A program made the translations under genes and the position numbers. A model generated the notes under the pieces. The model ran no database searches, was not told the origin of the DNA, and saw only the letters and a list, made by a program, of their open reading frames with translations. A stretch of 64,000 nucleotides of DNA from the NCBI GenBank assembly GCA_038087875.1, contig CM075987.1, forward strand, positions 24,864,001-24,928,000, given 5' to 3'. Below, piece by piece: positions 24,676 through 38,831 of this stretch (position 1 is its first letter; the number at the start of each line of letters is the position of its first letter). This stretch comes from Malacoraja senta (taxonomy: Eukaryota).

Positions 24676-26302
24676 GTGCTTTTGACATGAATCCCTTTAA
24701 ATGAAACATGAGCATACGGGGACGTTTAAATGCGTAGCAAATTCACGCGAAAGGCAAAATGAGAGTTAGCAGAGAAAAATATTTATGTTTAACAATAGTT
24801 GATGAGGACCTGGGTGTCCATGCACACATATCAATGAAAATTAACATGAGTAGTTTAGTTTGGAGATACAGCACGGAAACAGGCCCTTCGGCCCACCATC
24901 CACGCAGACCAGCAATTCCGCATATTGATACTATCCCACGCACACTAGGGCCAGTTTACACATATACTAATCCAATTAACCTACAAACCTGTACATCTTT
25001 GGAGTGTGGGAGTAAACCAAAGATCTTGGAGAAAACCCACGCAGGTCATGGGGAGAACGTACAAACTCTGCACAGACAGCGCCCGTAGTCTCTGGCGTTG
25101 AAAGTGCTGCAAGGCAGCAACTCTACCGCTGCGCCACCAATTAGAAAGGCAAATATTCGGTTTGTCTTTATTGCAAGTGGATTTGATTGCAACACTTTTA
25201 CACGCTAGAGGCAGGAAACATGTTCCTGATGTTGGGGGAAATCCAGAACCAGGGGGCACAGTTTAAGAATAAGGGGTAGACCATTTAGAACGGAGATGAG
25301 GAAAAACTTTTTCACCCAGAGAGTTGTGAATCTATGGAATTCTCTGCTTCAGAAGGCGGTGGAGGCCAATTCTCTGGATACTTTCAAGAGAGAGTTAGGT
25401 AGAGCTCTTAAAGATAGCGGAGTCAGGGGATATGGGGAGAAGGCAGGAACGGGGTACTGAATGTGGATGAGCAGCCATGATCACAGTGAATGGCGGAGCT
25501 GGCTCGAAGGGCTGAATGGCCTGCTCCTGCACCTATTGTCTATTGATCATTCATTTATACAAACCCCTACTGAGACCATAAATTGAATATTTTATTGGTA
25601 TTGGTTTATTACGAAGGTCATAAGTGATAGGAGTAGAATTACGCCACTTGGCCCATCACGTCTACTCCACCATTCAATCATGGCTGATCTATCTCTCCCT
25701 CCTAACCCCATTCTCCTGCCTTCTCCCCATAACCCCTGACAACCGTGACATGCTATCCAGGCAAGTCATGCTGTACATGAGTACAGCAGGGGAAATAGAA
25801 AGAGTACAGAATCTACTATTAAAGAGAAAGCGCAGATTTTTAAAAAAATTGCAAAGGCTGCAAAGGGGTCAATTGGAAGATCAGAAATTCATCCTCCGTG
25901 CACTGACATCAACAATTCTCATCAGGATAAGCCATTTGTAGAAAAAAAATAACATCTGAATAATAAAGTCTGAAGCAAGGTCTCGATTCGAAACGTTGCC
26001 TATTTCCTTCGCTCCATAGATGCTGCCTCACCCGCTGAGTTTCTGCCATCTGAATAATATATACAGTTTTTGAGGAGCATTTATGGTTGAAAAATACTGG
26101 AGGGACCTGAATCATATTGAGTTTCATTGCTCTTTATGAAAAGAGATGAGTATAATTTACTTTCTTGAAGAATATTACAAGAGACAAATTAAATTAATGT
26201 ATCACACAGTTGGAAAATATAGTTTAAATTCCATTTGGAATATTTTGGAGGACCAAGAAACCAAGAACCAAGATTCTTCTATCTTGTTCCCAGAGAGAAG
26301 TG

Positions 26303-26810
26303 GTGGGGGACGGAGGGGGTGGGGGTCGGAGGAGGTGTGGGTCGGAGGGGGTGGAGGTCGGAGGGGGTGGGGGTCAGAGGGGGTGTGGGTCGGAGGGGGT
26401 GGGGGTCGGAGGGGGTGGGGGTCGGAGGGGGTGTGGGTCGGAGGGGGTGGAGGTCAGAGGGGGTGGGGGTCGGAGGGGGTGGGGGTCGGAGGGGGTGGGG
26501 GTCGGAGGAGGTGTGGGTCGGAGGGGGTGGGGGTCGGAGGGGGTGGGGGTCGGAGGGGGTGTGGGTCGGAGGGGGTGGGGGTCGGAGGGGGTGGAGGTCG
26601 GAGGGGGTGTGGGTCGGAGGGGGTGGGGTTCGGAGGGGGTGGGGGTCGAAGGGGGTGGGGGTCGGAAGGGGTGGGGGTCGGAGGGGGTGTGGGTCGGAGG
26701 GGGTGGGGGTCGGAGGGGGTGGGGGTCGGAGGGGGTGGGGGTCGGAGGGGGTGGGGGTTGGAGGGGGTGGGGGTCGAAGGGGGTGGGGGTCGAAGGGGGT
26801 GGGGGTGGAA
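26303..26810. repeat. G-rich 16-bp minisatellite
   Basis: About 30 copies of ggagggggtgggggtc. Confidence 0.95.
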
Positions 26811-28334
26811 GGGAAGTACAATTGTCCATGGGAGGAAATATGATCCATGGAAATCTAATGAGAATATATCAGCACAAACACATAGGTGCGATCCCATATA
26901 CCGATTGTTTGGCATGGGGCAGCGCGGTGGCGGAGCAGTAGAGCTTACAATGAAGGAATACAATAGAGCTTACTGCCTTACAATGCCAGAGACCCGGGTT
27001 CGATCCTGACTGCGGGTGCTGTCTGCCCTTTCTCTCCGTGACCTGCCTGGGTTTTCTCCGAGGTCTCCGGTTTCCTCCCACGCTCCAAAGACGTACGCGT
27101 CTGTCTATTAATTTGCTTAGTAGAAATGTAAAATTGTCACTCGTGTGTGTACGATGGTGTTAGTGTGCGGGGATCGCTGGTCGGTGCGGACTTGGTGGGC
27201 CGTCATCCTGGTGGGCAAACCTCGAAGAGTGGATCATTGATACACTGGAATTGGGATGAATTCTACCAGATCTCAGTCACAGAATCATAGTGATACGATG
27301 TGGAAACAGGCCCTTTGGCCTAACTTACCCACACTGGCCAACATGTCCCATCTACACTAGTCCCACCTGCTTGCATTTGGCCCATATCTGTCTAAACCTG
27401 TCCTATCCATGTACCTGTCCGACTGTTTCTTAAACGTTGCGATAGTCCCTGCCTCAACCATCTCCTCTGGCAGCTCGTTCCATGCACCCGCCACCCTTTG
27501 TGTGAAAAAGTTACCCCTCAGATTCCTATTAAATCTTTTCCCCTTCACCTCAACCCTATTTAGCCCTGAAAGATGTATAAATTGCTAAATCAGTTCCAGG
27601 CTGTATTTTTCAATTTTAAGCACCAGCTCTTGCCCCAAAATAAGATATAAGTTGTTGTCTGTTTTTACATGCATATATTTGTGTGGACTCAAAAACCCCC
27701 CAACATTAATCTATGCAAAGGAACACTCAACACTCTAGATGGATACAAAAATGCTGGAGTAATTCAGCGGGACTGGCAGCATCTCTGGAGAGGAATGGGT
27801 GATGTTTCGGGTCGAGACCCTTCTTCAGACATAAAACGTCAACCAATTCCCTTCTCTTCAGAGATGTTGCCTCTCCCGCTGAGTTACTCCAGCATTTTGT
27901 GTCTATCTTCAGTGTGAACCAGCATCTGTAGTTTCTTTCTACACTAAACACTCAAATACAGTTTGTCAGACTCACTGTGTTAGAAATCCAACTTCAATAA
28001 AGAAAAATCTCATTCAGTAGGCAGACTAATCTATTAATTTTTTTCTTGTCAAGGTGGCTGTCACATATTTGCTGCATGAAAGTATATTTGTCAGAGTTTC
28101 AGTACGGGCTACTTTGATCAGATTCAGTATCTGACTCAAACTCTCAGTCTGTTGAATAGTGAGTCGGGAGGAACTGCAGATGCTGGTTTAAACCGAAGAT
28201 AGACACAAAATGCTGGAGTCACTCAGTGGGACAGCCATGATCACATTGAATGGCGGTGCTGGCTCGAAGGGCCGAATGGCCTCCTCCTGCACCTATTGTC
28301 TATTGTCTATTGACCAGCGATCCTCGCACACTAA

Positions 28335-28734
28335 AGGGCCTGTCCCACGGGCATGCGACATGCGGCAAGCGCGATTAAACCGGAAGCGGGGGCTGCGCGG
28401 AGCTCGAGTGAGTGAAGTTCGATCGAAGTCCGCGGGAAGTTTGCACGTGATGAATGGCGTCAAGACGCTGCGTACGGCGTCGAGATGCTGCGCACGCCCG
28501 TCGAGGCGGTGTGTACGGCGTCGAGGCGGCTGCGGGCCGACAGGCCGTTGCCGCGCGGAATTTTTCAACTCTCTCAGTTTTTCGGAGCCCCGCGCGATGT
28601 CGGGACCAGCTCCGCACAACTCCATACGGCTCCGGCGATCGAAGTGGGACCGGCCCCGCGAGGCCGTACGGCTCAAGCGACCACGTTGAGGTCGCGCTTG
28701 CCGCATGCAGTCGCATGCTCGTGGGACAGGCCCT
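28335..28734. mobile_element. PIF/Harbinger-type MITE
   Basis: TAA TSD; TIRs agggcctgtcccacgggcatgcgac / gtcgcatgctcgtgggacaggccct; CpG-rich. Confidence 0.85.
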
Positions 28735-31389
28735 TAACATTGTCCTACACACACTGGGCACAATTTACACACACACCAAGCCAATTCACCTACGTACCTG
28801 CACGGTTTTGGAGTTAACATGTTTCTAGATTAACATGCTTCCTCTGGAAAAAGCCTGATCTACACACACAAAGCAACATGCAAACATATGTTGACCCATC
28901 TCCAATGGGTGTTTTTATCGAGTATGAAACAGGGCTGCACAATTACAGCAGTTTTCAAAATGTTTGTGGAGCTAAAAGCACTTCATAAGTTCAGTCATTC
29001 CAGGAGCAGAATCAGGCCATTCGACCCATCAAGTCTACTCTGCCATTCAATCGTGGCTGATCTATCTTTCCCTCTCAACTCCATTCTTCTGCAATCTCCC
29101 TAGAACCCCTGACACCCGTACTAATCAAAGAATATGTCAATCTCCGCCTTCAAAATATCCATTGACTTGGCCTCCACAGCCGTCTGTGGCAATGAAACTT
29201 CTCTTCAAGAAACAAATAAAGGAGGACTGATCTGGTGTCTCAGGTGATGACGGGACATAGATCCTGACTGAATCTGATACAGCTTACACCCTGAACAGCT
29301 AATGGATCCACTCTGGCTGATATGAGAACAGTACTGCATTGACCTCCCACTAAAAGCTATAATTGACACTGCTGCATCAATGATTGTGATTGCAAGCAGC
29401 ACTTATAAGCTATTATCCACCAAAGCACCAATTGTGAAGTCCAGATTGTAGCTTACAGATCTCTAAATCAAGTCAATTTTCTGTCAAAGTGTTCAAAATT
29501 CGCTGTCAAAGCCCAGAAGTGGGCTTGGAAAGCTCGCACCTCGTGCATTAGGACGCGTGATGAGAAATTAAACTGCTCATCGCATTTGTTTCAGCACTTT
29601 GCAACTGGAAATAAATTCAACTCAATTGCTCTGGCAAATCATTTCCAGAGGAAACATATCAATCTGAAAATGGCTTCCTGTCATGGATCACCCTTGTAAT
29701 GCTGACGTGATTTCGGCACTGGGCTGTGGAGAGGGTGTGGAAAGGAACGGCAGATGATAGAACACCGAAAGATAGACACAAAAAATCTGGAGTACCTCAG
29801 CGGGTCAGGCAGCTTCTCTGATGAAAATGGATAGGTGACGTTTCGGGTCGGAACCCTTCTTCAAACTGAAAGCTAGAGCAGGCTAGAACAATACTGGGCT
29901 GGCAACAGATGGCCTTAGGGATGGTGGTGTCCACAATGGCCCAGTGTTGGCTGGGGAAGGTGTGCTAATGGACAGGGATTCAAGGATGGGAACAGTGGTA
30001 CCAGTAGGATGACTAGGGAGTGGGGGAGGAGGGAGAGGTGGAGGGAGGGGGGAGGGGGGGAGGAGAGAAGCGAATTAATTGAAATCAACGTTCATACAGC
30101 TGGGGTATATTCATGTGTATATATTCAGCATTATCAGTATATTGATTCATGTGTGTATATATTTATAGAATGCCTTGTAGTCAATGCCTACTATGTTCTG
30201 TTGTGCTGAAGCAAAGCAAGAATTTCATTGTCCTAACAGGGACACATGACAATAAACTCACTTGACTTGACTTGACTTGACTTGACTTGAAGCTACCCAA
30301 GCCAAATGTGAGGTGCTGTTCCTCCAATTTGTGTGAGGCTTCACTAGGACGGTGGAGGAGGCCCAGGGCGGAACAGCCAGTATGAGAATGTAACACAGGA
30401 CTCGTGTCGTCTCTTGCCCAGAGTAGGTGAATCGAGGACCAGGGGACTCAGGCTTAAGGTGAAGTGGAAAACGATTTAATAGGAATCTGAGGGGTAACTT
30501 TTCCACACAAAAGGTGGTGTGTGTGTGGAACGAGCTGCCAGAGGAGGTAGTTGAGGCTGGGACTAAACCCAGCGTTTAAGAAGCAGTTAGACAGGTACAT
30601 GGATTGGACAGGTTTGGAGGGATATGGGCCAAACGCGGGCAGGTGGGACTAGTGTAGATAGGAGATGTTGGCTGGTATGGGCAAGCTGGGCCGAAGGGTG
30701 TGTTTTCACACTGTATCACCCCATCACTGTAATTGGGCAATTAATAGTTCGCATGGACAAAATTCAGGCAGAAATGCCTGTTTTCATGGTTTGTCTCGCC
30801 ACTGCTCTGTCACAGCACATGCCCCGGATGAAACGCAGCACAATTCCCTTAGACTGGAAGTAAAGCAAATGGGGGGAAACAAATATTTTTGACAATTTCG
30901 AAAAAAAAGTTTGCAGCTTTTTCTTTTCGAGCCGTCATTGTTAATATAACTGCCACCTGCCTCTTGATCACTATTATCACTTGGGAAATTTAGCAGAAAA
31001 ATTACCCGCTGCTAGATCTCGCGGGCAGCAGTGAAATAAAGATGAGATACTCCGTTCCACTGATGTTAGTTGAAAGACAAATACTGAAGAGGGCAGGGAG
31101 AAGGCTTCTCTTCACAATGGTGCCGTTACTGTTCTTCTGAGAGAACAGACGAGACTGCAAAATGTTACGTTTAAGAAAGAACTGTAGATGCTGGAAAATG
31201 GAAGGTCGACAAAAATGCTGGAGAAACTCAGCGGGTGAGGCAGCATCTGTGGAGCGAAGGAAATAGGCGACGTTTCGGGTCTGAAGAAGGGCCTCGACCC
31301 GAAATGTCGCCTATTTCCTTCGCTCCATAGTTGCTGCCTCACCCACTGAGTTTCTCCAGCATTTTTGTCTACCAGCAAAATGTTACTGT

Positions 31390-31855
31390 CGGTTTATAAA
31401 GCACTGAATGGTCCAGGGCCTAAATACATTTCTGATCTTCTGCATGAACCATCCAGACCTCTGAGGTCATCTGCTTTCTGTCCCCAGAGTCCAAACTAAA
31501 CATGGAGAAGCAGCATTTAGTTTTTATGCACCACATATATGGAAAAAACTTCTAGAAAAATGCAGGTCTGCTCCAACTCTCAGTTCTTTTAAATCGGGGC
31601 GGAATACTTTTCTATTTGACGCTGGTTTTGATTACTTTTAAATTAAATTAAATTAAATAATTATTCATTTCTAACACTGCACAATCATTTTCTTTCTTGT
31701 ATTGTATACGCCTTATTCTATTTTAGCTTGTTTTTATTTTCTATGCTCTTTAATGACTTTTTAATTGCTTTTGATTGCTTTTTAATGCTTTGTGCAAAGC
31801 ACTTGGAATTGCCTTGTTGCTGAAATGTGCAGTACAAATAAACGTGCTTGCTTGC
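31390..31855 (+). mobile_element. L2 LINE 3' fragment, same family as 17660-19362
   Basis: Aligns by eye to 18855-19360. Confidence 0.82.
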
Positions 31856-32859
31856 AGTTCAATATGTCAATACAAAGGCATTTCTTCTGGCCGAGATTTG
31901 GGGCTTATTCTTCAGACTGTGGTGAGAGTGCTTCCACTCACTTGAATGAAATCTGAGATAGAAAGTGAAGGATCAGTCAAAAGGAGGAGTAAAATCCTCG
32001 GTCAGCTTGCGAAAGGACAGGGGATCAGGGATGGAGACCGCACAGCCCATCGAGTTTGTGCTAGCCCTTTGTGAGAGCACCATATTCCAGCTCTCATGCC
32101 TTCTCCCCAAGAACATAAAAAAGACTCCTCGCTTTCAGGTGTTCATCTAACTTCCTATTGAACACAGCATTTGAACGTGTGTGTGAAGGAACTGCAGATG
32201 CTGGTTTACACTGAAGATAGACACTAAAGGCCGAGTACAGGCCCAGTGCCGTCAAACGCACATCATATGTTAACCCACTCATTCCTGCGATCGTTCTTGT
32301 AAACCTCCTCTGGACCTTAGATCGACAATTAACGGCACCGGAGTCCCGGGTTCAAACCTGACTACGGGCGCTGTCTGCACGGAGTTTGTACGTTCTCCGC
32401 GTGACCTGCGTGGGTTTTCTCCGAGATCTTCATTTTCCTCCCACGTTCAGTTTTATAGGTTATATAATTGGCTTGCTATAAATGTAAAATTGTCCCTAGT
32501 GTGTGTGGGGTAACGTTAGTGTGCGGGGGGCGCTGGTCGGCGCGGACTCGGTGGGCCGAAGGGCCTATTTCCGCGCTGTATCTATGAATTAAATCCAGAG
32601 TGGAGGAAATGGTAGAATTTAAGAGGAATTTAGACGGACATTAAAATAAGGAAGGCTCAGAGAGATACAGCACTAATCTGAATCAATGGGATCAGTGCAG
32701 ATGGCCATCAAGTTTGGGATGGGTGTGATTTGCTGAAGAGACATTATTTGTGCTGTACAACTCCATTCCTCCACAAATCTATTTGTCTTAATTTTAATGG
32801 CAATGATTCAGGTAGACACATGCATTAATCACTATTAACAATCCATGGAAGGTTTATTG

Positions 32860-33900
32860 TAGCAATGTTACAAAATTTTGAGATTTTAAAAATAAAGTCT
32901 GCAATTTATCCCATCAGATAAAGCATAAAAAGAAGTTTAATTTGACACTTAATTCACTTTCATATCTTCAGTATTAAAAAAGTTATGGCCATTATCATAC
33001 TCAGAAATTAGCATCTAGTTCCCTATTGCTTTTCCATTGACTCAACACAAAAGCTGTGATCGAGGACAGTTAAAAGCCCATAACTTTCTTAAAAATTATG
33101 ATCTGAAAGAAATTTTCAGTTATTATAGATTGAAGCATTCTGAAACAAATATGAAACAATCTTACTTCGAAGACATGAAACTAAAGCATTTAATTAGTTA
33201 GTTACCTAATTGTAGCTAATTACAAAATTCAATTACTAGATCTAAACATCTATCAATTTCTTAAGAATAGATTAACATTTTTAAATAGCCTAAGTGTCCA
33301 AATAACATTCACACAATAATTCACAATATAACATAATTTTTAAATCTAATTTTCATGAATTTACAGGCCAAATGGAAGGAATTGAATGTTTAATACCTGT
33401 AAATTAATGGGCATTTAATTCATCTTGTGAGTGAGGATTTCTGGAACGCGATCTTTTGGAACGTTGATTTGCGGTGAATTTAACCCCGTATTGGCATGAA
33501 AAATACTGCCGTTAATTCGGGGAATAAAATCACCGTGTCGCATGAAAAAATGTGAATTAAAGGCTTCTTAAGAAGCACTTTTATACATTTAAAGAAACCA
33601 CTTTCGTTTACCTGTCCCGTGTGTGAAATCCGTCCCCGTTATCGGCGTTGACGCTTCAGGAGCTGCTTTTAAAATTACTCTAGCGCTGACATTGACGATT
33701 TAATAAAAATAAAAAATTCACAAAACGCCGGTAGGAACGATTTGTCAGCCAAGGCTTGTACTCCAACAAAATATTAACCAGGACAAGGGAGGAGAAACCC
33801 GTGTTTTAACCCCGCCCCCCCCCTTGAAGGCGCCAAAATCGCGCACACGGCCAGTGGCAGAATTACAGCACGACTGAAGGTAAGTTTTGTAACATACCTA
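32860..33900. mobile_element. ~1.04-kb non-autonomous DNA transposon, TAG..CTA termini, 7-bp TSD
   Basis: TIRs tagcaatgttacaaaa / ttttgtaacataccta; flanks tttattg and tttatag. Confidence 0.85.
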
Positions 33901-34767
33901 TTTATAGGTAACGTTTCCTGTTTCATAGGAGGAATATTATCCATCACACTCAGAAATGGGATTGCATCTGGAGCTCCAGATTCAGGGACAGTTCCTTCCC
34001 AGCTGTTATCAGGCAACTGAACCATGCTACCAGCAACCAGAGAGCAGTCCTGAACTACGATCTACCTCATTTGGGGACCCTCGGACTATCCTTGATCGGA
34101 CTTTGCTGGCTTTACCTTGCACTCAACGTTATTCCCTTATTGTGTATCTGTACACTGTAAATGGCTCGATTGTAATCATGTATTGTCATTCTGCTGACTA
34201 GATAGCATGCAACAAAAGCTTTTCACTGCGCCTTGGTACACGTGACAATAAACTAAACTAAACTGAATTTATAGTTTGGGACCAGAAAGTGAACAACAAG
34301 CAAACGTTCGCAAGGTAATTCAAAGCTGTGTCAGAACACTTTAATAAGATTAATTGATTTTCTCTCCTCCTCATCTTCATTCTTCAAGTTCACCAGCATT
34401 TTGCAGTACAGCCCTTGGTACTTAACATTGCTACCTTGACCTTAAAATAGTTTCACTGTAGTTCAAAATAAATGTTGCTGCTCAATTTTCAACTAAATAT
34501 ATATACTTTTTTACCTTAGGCATTGAGTAGATTGCATGAATGTACATCCAAGGATTTTGATGTTAACAGTATAAGTAATGGTGTCATTTGATGTGAGTGT
34601 TTGCCATCACTGACTTCAATGCTAAGAGAAAACAATGTCACTTTCTTGCCAACGATCAGGTTCAGATCAAAACTAACAAAGCCAGTGAATGTTTAGCCTT
34701 CAAACACGATTTTCCACTGGTAAACCTCTTGCAGCTACGGGCAAAAAGCTGCGTGAAAGACAACGTG

Positions 34768-35066
34768 CGGCACGGTGGCACAGCGGTAGAGTTGCTGCCT
34801 CGCAGCGCCAGAGAAGCCAGGGTTCAATCCTGACTACTGGCGCAGTCTGTTACGGAGTTTGGACGTTCTCCCCGTGACTGCGTGGGTTTTCTCCGAGATC
34901 TTCGGTTTCCAAAGGCATACAGGTTTGTAGGCTAATTGGCTTGGAGTATGCGTAAATTGTCCCGAGTGTGTGTGGGGTAATATTAGTTTGTGGGGACCGC
35001 TGGTCAGTGCGGACTCGGTGGGCCGAAGGTCCTGTTTCCTCATTGTATCTCTAAACTAAACTAAAC
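34768..35066 (+). mobile_element. tRNA-derived V-SINE (HE1-like)
   Basis: A box tggcacagcgg, B box gggttcaatcc, V-domain ggagtttg..gttctccccgtg..gcgtgggttttctcc, tail (taaac)n. Confidence 0.85.
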
Positions 35067-38000
35067 AGTTATACCAATGTCATAGGAATTAAAATCAAAC
35101 TGCAGATGTTGGTTTACACCGAAGATAGACACAAAATGCTGGAGTAACTCAGCGGGTCAGGCAGCATCTCTGGAGAAAAGGAATAGGTGACGTTACAAGT
35201 TGGGACCCTTCTTCAGTCTGACCCTTCTGTCCCGACCTGAAACGTCACCCATCCTTTTTCACCAGAGATGTTGCCTGACCTGCTGAGTTACTCCAGCACT
35301 TTGTGTCGATCTTCGAAGTGAAACTCGAGTTTGTTTGTGTGACTCACTTTGACTGGATGCATCTTAGTTTTTAGTTTAGTTTAGAGATACAGCATAGAGA
35401 CAACAGGCCCTTCGGCCCAACGAGTCTGCGCTGACCAATTAACCTACAAACCTGTACGTCTTTGGAGTGTGGGAGGAAACCGGAGCACCCGGGGAAAACC
35501 CACGCAGGTCACGGGGAGAAAGTACAAACTCCGTACAGACAGCACCCGTAGTCAGGATCGAACCCGGGTCTCTGGAGCAATAAGGCAGCAACTCTAGGGT
35601 CGTGAATCTGTGGAATTCTTTGCCACAGAAGGCTGCGGAGGCCGTCAATGGATATTTTTAAGACAGAGATAGATAGATGCTTGGTGTCAGGAGTTATGGG
35701 GAGAAGGCAGGAGAATGGGGTAAGGAGGGAGAGATAGACCAGCCATGATTGAATGGCGGAGTAGACTTGATGGGCCGAATGACCTAATTCTGTTACTTTC
35801 ACTTACGAATTGCTGAACTCTACCGCTGCGCCACTGTGCTGCCCATCTCTAGAACATCCCCCCCCCCCCCCACCCAACACCTTTTTTCAAGATTGTTATC
35901 AACATGAAACCCCCTGCTCTCGACTCCTCATAATGTCGCCACACCAGCAGGAAGGTCCTCTCAAATTAAAACTTAATGTGCCCCATCCGTATCTGTCAGA
36001 AAGGTGCTGAGCTGACTCACATGCCAGGAGTCATTAGCAGGTGATGCTTCAAGCTTCACCCATGAACGCACATCCGATAACCTCCATAATCGACATGTTT
36101 TGTTGAGCAAGTGAGCAGAAATATGTCTGAAAAAGTATTTATTATGTACACAGGATTACATTCTCCCCGCACGACTTAATCTCCTGCCAGTTCTAATCAC
36201 TTCATGGACTGCTGAACACTAATGTACAACACAGTTATTACTGCTAGCTTGTGGCACTGTCTCACTAGTTTAGATTGGCATTCCCACATCAGCCAACTGC
36301 TCTGCCGGGGATTTGAATGGCGCTGAAGTTCTGTGTGTTAATGCTCTCCTCACTATCCAGCATATAATGCAGCATTAGACTGATCTACCGGGGACAAATC
36401 AATTGATTTTTTTCAGCTTTTGTGATGTAATCCGCTGTAGTAAATTACAAGTGTTCAAAATGACCCGTGTGCCGTCTGTAAATTGAACCAGCAGAGTCGA
36501 GCGCTAAATTATTTCAAGGGCAGTGGGAGGGCAATGCGCGAGTAAATTCCGCAAGGCCTCCACTGACTCCTCACCAGAATTAATCGGAAATGAAATATTA
36601 CAAGGCAACGCTAATTCAATGTAAGTTGGAATTACCGAAGAAGGCTGAAATTGCTCCTGCTCTCATATCCCAGCCTGCCCTCGCTGCCTCCCGAGAAATG
36701 GACTAATCAATGTTAATCGACACCGGGTCTTGTTCCGACAATCCATTATGTCTTCCTCACACAACGTGTCAACAAAATCAATCAGCCACAACAAAAGTCT
36801 TGATGAAATACATTTCATGCGCCCAGCTCAGACAGCTGCTGGGACGATTCTCCGCAGATTTCGAGAGCAACGTCATCGGGGGGAGGGGGGGGGGGGGGTG
36901 ACTGGGATCCGATTGAGGGGATGGACGTTTGCAGATGGAGATGAGTGATGGAACAATTTCCAAGAGAAAGGGCAAACGGTAATAAAAGTGGGTTTCTTCA
37001 AAGGCTCGCTGGAGATAGCGCTGCCCTTTGCTGATAAGTTCGTAGGCTCACAAGTCATTGGAGCAGAATTAGGCCATTCGGCCCATCGAGTCTACTGCGC
37101 CATTCAATCATGGCTGATCTATCTTTCCCCCACTCAACCCCATTCTCCTGCCTTCGCCCCGTAATCTTCGACACCCGTACTGATCAAGAACCTGTCAATC
37201 CCATTGACTTGGCCTCCATTGCCGTCTGTGGCGATAAATTCCACAGATTCACCGCCCTCTGACTAAGAAAAATTCCTCCTCATCTCCTTTCTAAAGGTAT
37301 ATCCTTTCATTCTGAGGCTATGCCCTCTGGTTGTAGACGCCATCTGCACATCCATTCTATCCCGGCCTTTAATCGGTACGTTTCAACGAGGTTCCCCCAT
37401 CATCCTTCTAAACTCATGTTGTTAACTCATAAATGTTGATACCCATTAGTCAAACGTCAAGTCTTGGATTACTTGTAACTTCTTCCATTTACACATTTGG
37501 AAGACTATAACTATCACCGCCATTCTCCATAGCCTTACCCGACCTGCGAGAGCTACTATACTGAACGTATCAATCAGGCAACGCTAGATCTGTTGATTTA
37601 CAACTTTCCTCATTTTTTTGTTTCGATTTCAAAAAAGAGCCAATTATTTATGCACCATGGAGCAGTGCTGAACTACTATCTACCTCTTTGATGACCCTCG
37701 GACTATCCTTGATTGGACTTTGCTGCCTTTACCTAGCACTAAACGTTATTCCCTTATTGTGTATCTAATACACTCTAAGCGGCTCGATTATAATCATGTA
37801 TCGTCTTTCTGCTGACTGTTTAGCTCGCAACAAAAAGCTTCTCACTGTACCTCGGTACACGTGACAATAATACCAAACTGAAACTGGACAGAGTCGAAAA
37901 GCCGGCACAATCTAGTAAGACACAAAATGCTGGAGTAACTCAGTAGGCCGGGCAACATCTCTGGAGAACATGAAGATGGACACAAAAATCTGGATTAACC

Positions 38001-38197
38001 AAGCGGGACAGGCAGCATCTCTGGAGAGAAGAAATGGGTGACGTTTCGGGTCTTGACCCTTCTTCAGTCTCTGGAGATCATGGATAGCTGACGTTTTGGG
38101 TCGGGATTCTGTTTTCAGTCTCAAAAACAAGATTCCGATTCGAAATGTCCATGTTCTCCAGAGATGCTGCCTGGCCTGCTGAGCTCCTCCAGCATTT

Positions 38198-38831
38198 TCA
38201 TAGCAAAAGGATTTGCGTATAGGAGCAGGGAGGTTCTACTGCAGTTGTACAGGGTCTTGGTGAGACCACACCTGGAGTATTGCGTACAGTTTTGGTCTCC
38301 TAATCTGAGGAAGGACATTCTTGCCATAGAGGGAGTACAGAGAAGGATCACCAGACTGATTCCTGGGATGGCAGGACTTTCATATGAAGAAAGACTGGAT
38401 AGACTCGGCTTGTACTCGCTAGAATTTAGAAGATTGAGGGGGGATCTTATAGAAACTTACAAGATTCTTAAGGGGTTGGACAGGCTAGATGCAGGAAGAT
38501 TGTTCCCGATGTTGGGGAAGTCCAGAACAAGGGGTCACAGTTTAAGGATAAAGGGGAAATCTTTTAGTACTGAGATGAGAAAAACATTTTTTACACAGAG
38601 AATGGTGAATCTCTGAAATTCTCTGCCACAGAATGTAGTTGAGGCCAGTTCATTGGCTATATTTAAGAGGGAGTTAGATGTGGCCCTTGTGGCTAAAGGG
38701 ATCAGGGGGTATGGAGAGAAAGCAGGTACAGGATACTGAGTTGGATGATCAGCCATGATCATATTGAATGGCGGTGCAGGCTCGAAGGGCCGAATGGCCT
38801 ACACCTGCACCTATTTTCTATGTTTCTATGT
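38198..38831 (+). mobile_element. CR1 (HER1-like) LINE 3' end
   Basis: [42 protein letters not shown]; tail (ttctatgt)n. Confidence 0.9.

Noticed and set aside
24377..24715. ORFs spanning N runs (also 56163-56721)
   Set aside because: Artefacts of assembly gaps.
26146..27009. Long Gly-rich and Pro-rich ORFs
   Set aside because: Stop-free translations of a 16-bp repeat in several frames.
28210..28828. Arg-rich ORFs on both strands
   Set aside because: They lie in a GC-rich MITE and have no protein motifs.
34768..34835. tRNA gene-like A/B boxes
   Set aside because: These are SINE heads followed by the V-domain, not complete cloverleaf tRNAs.
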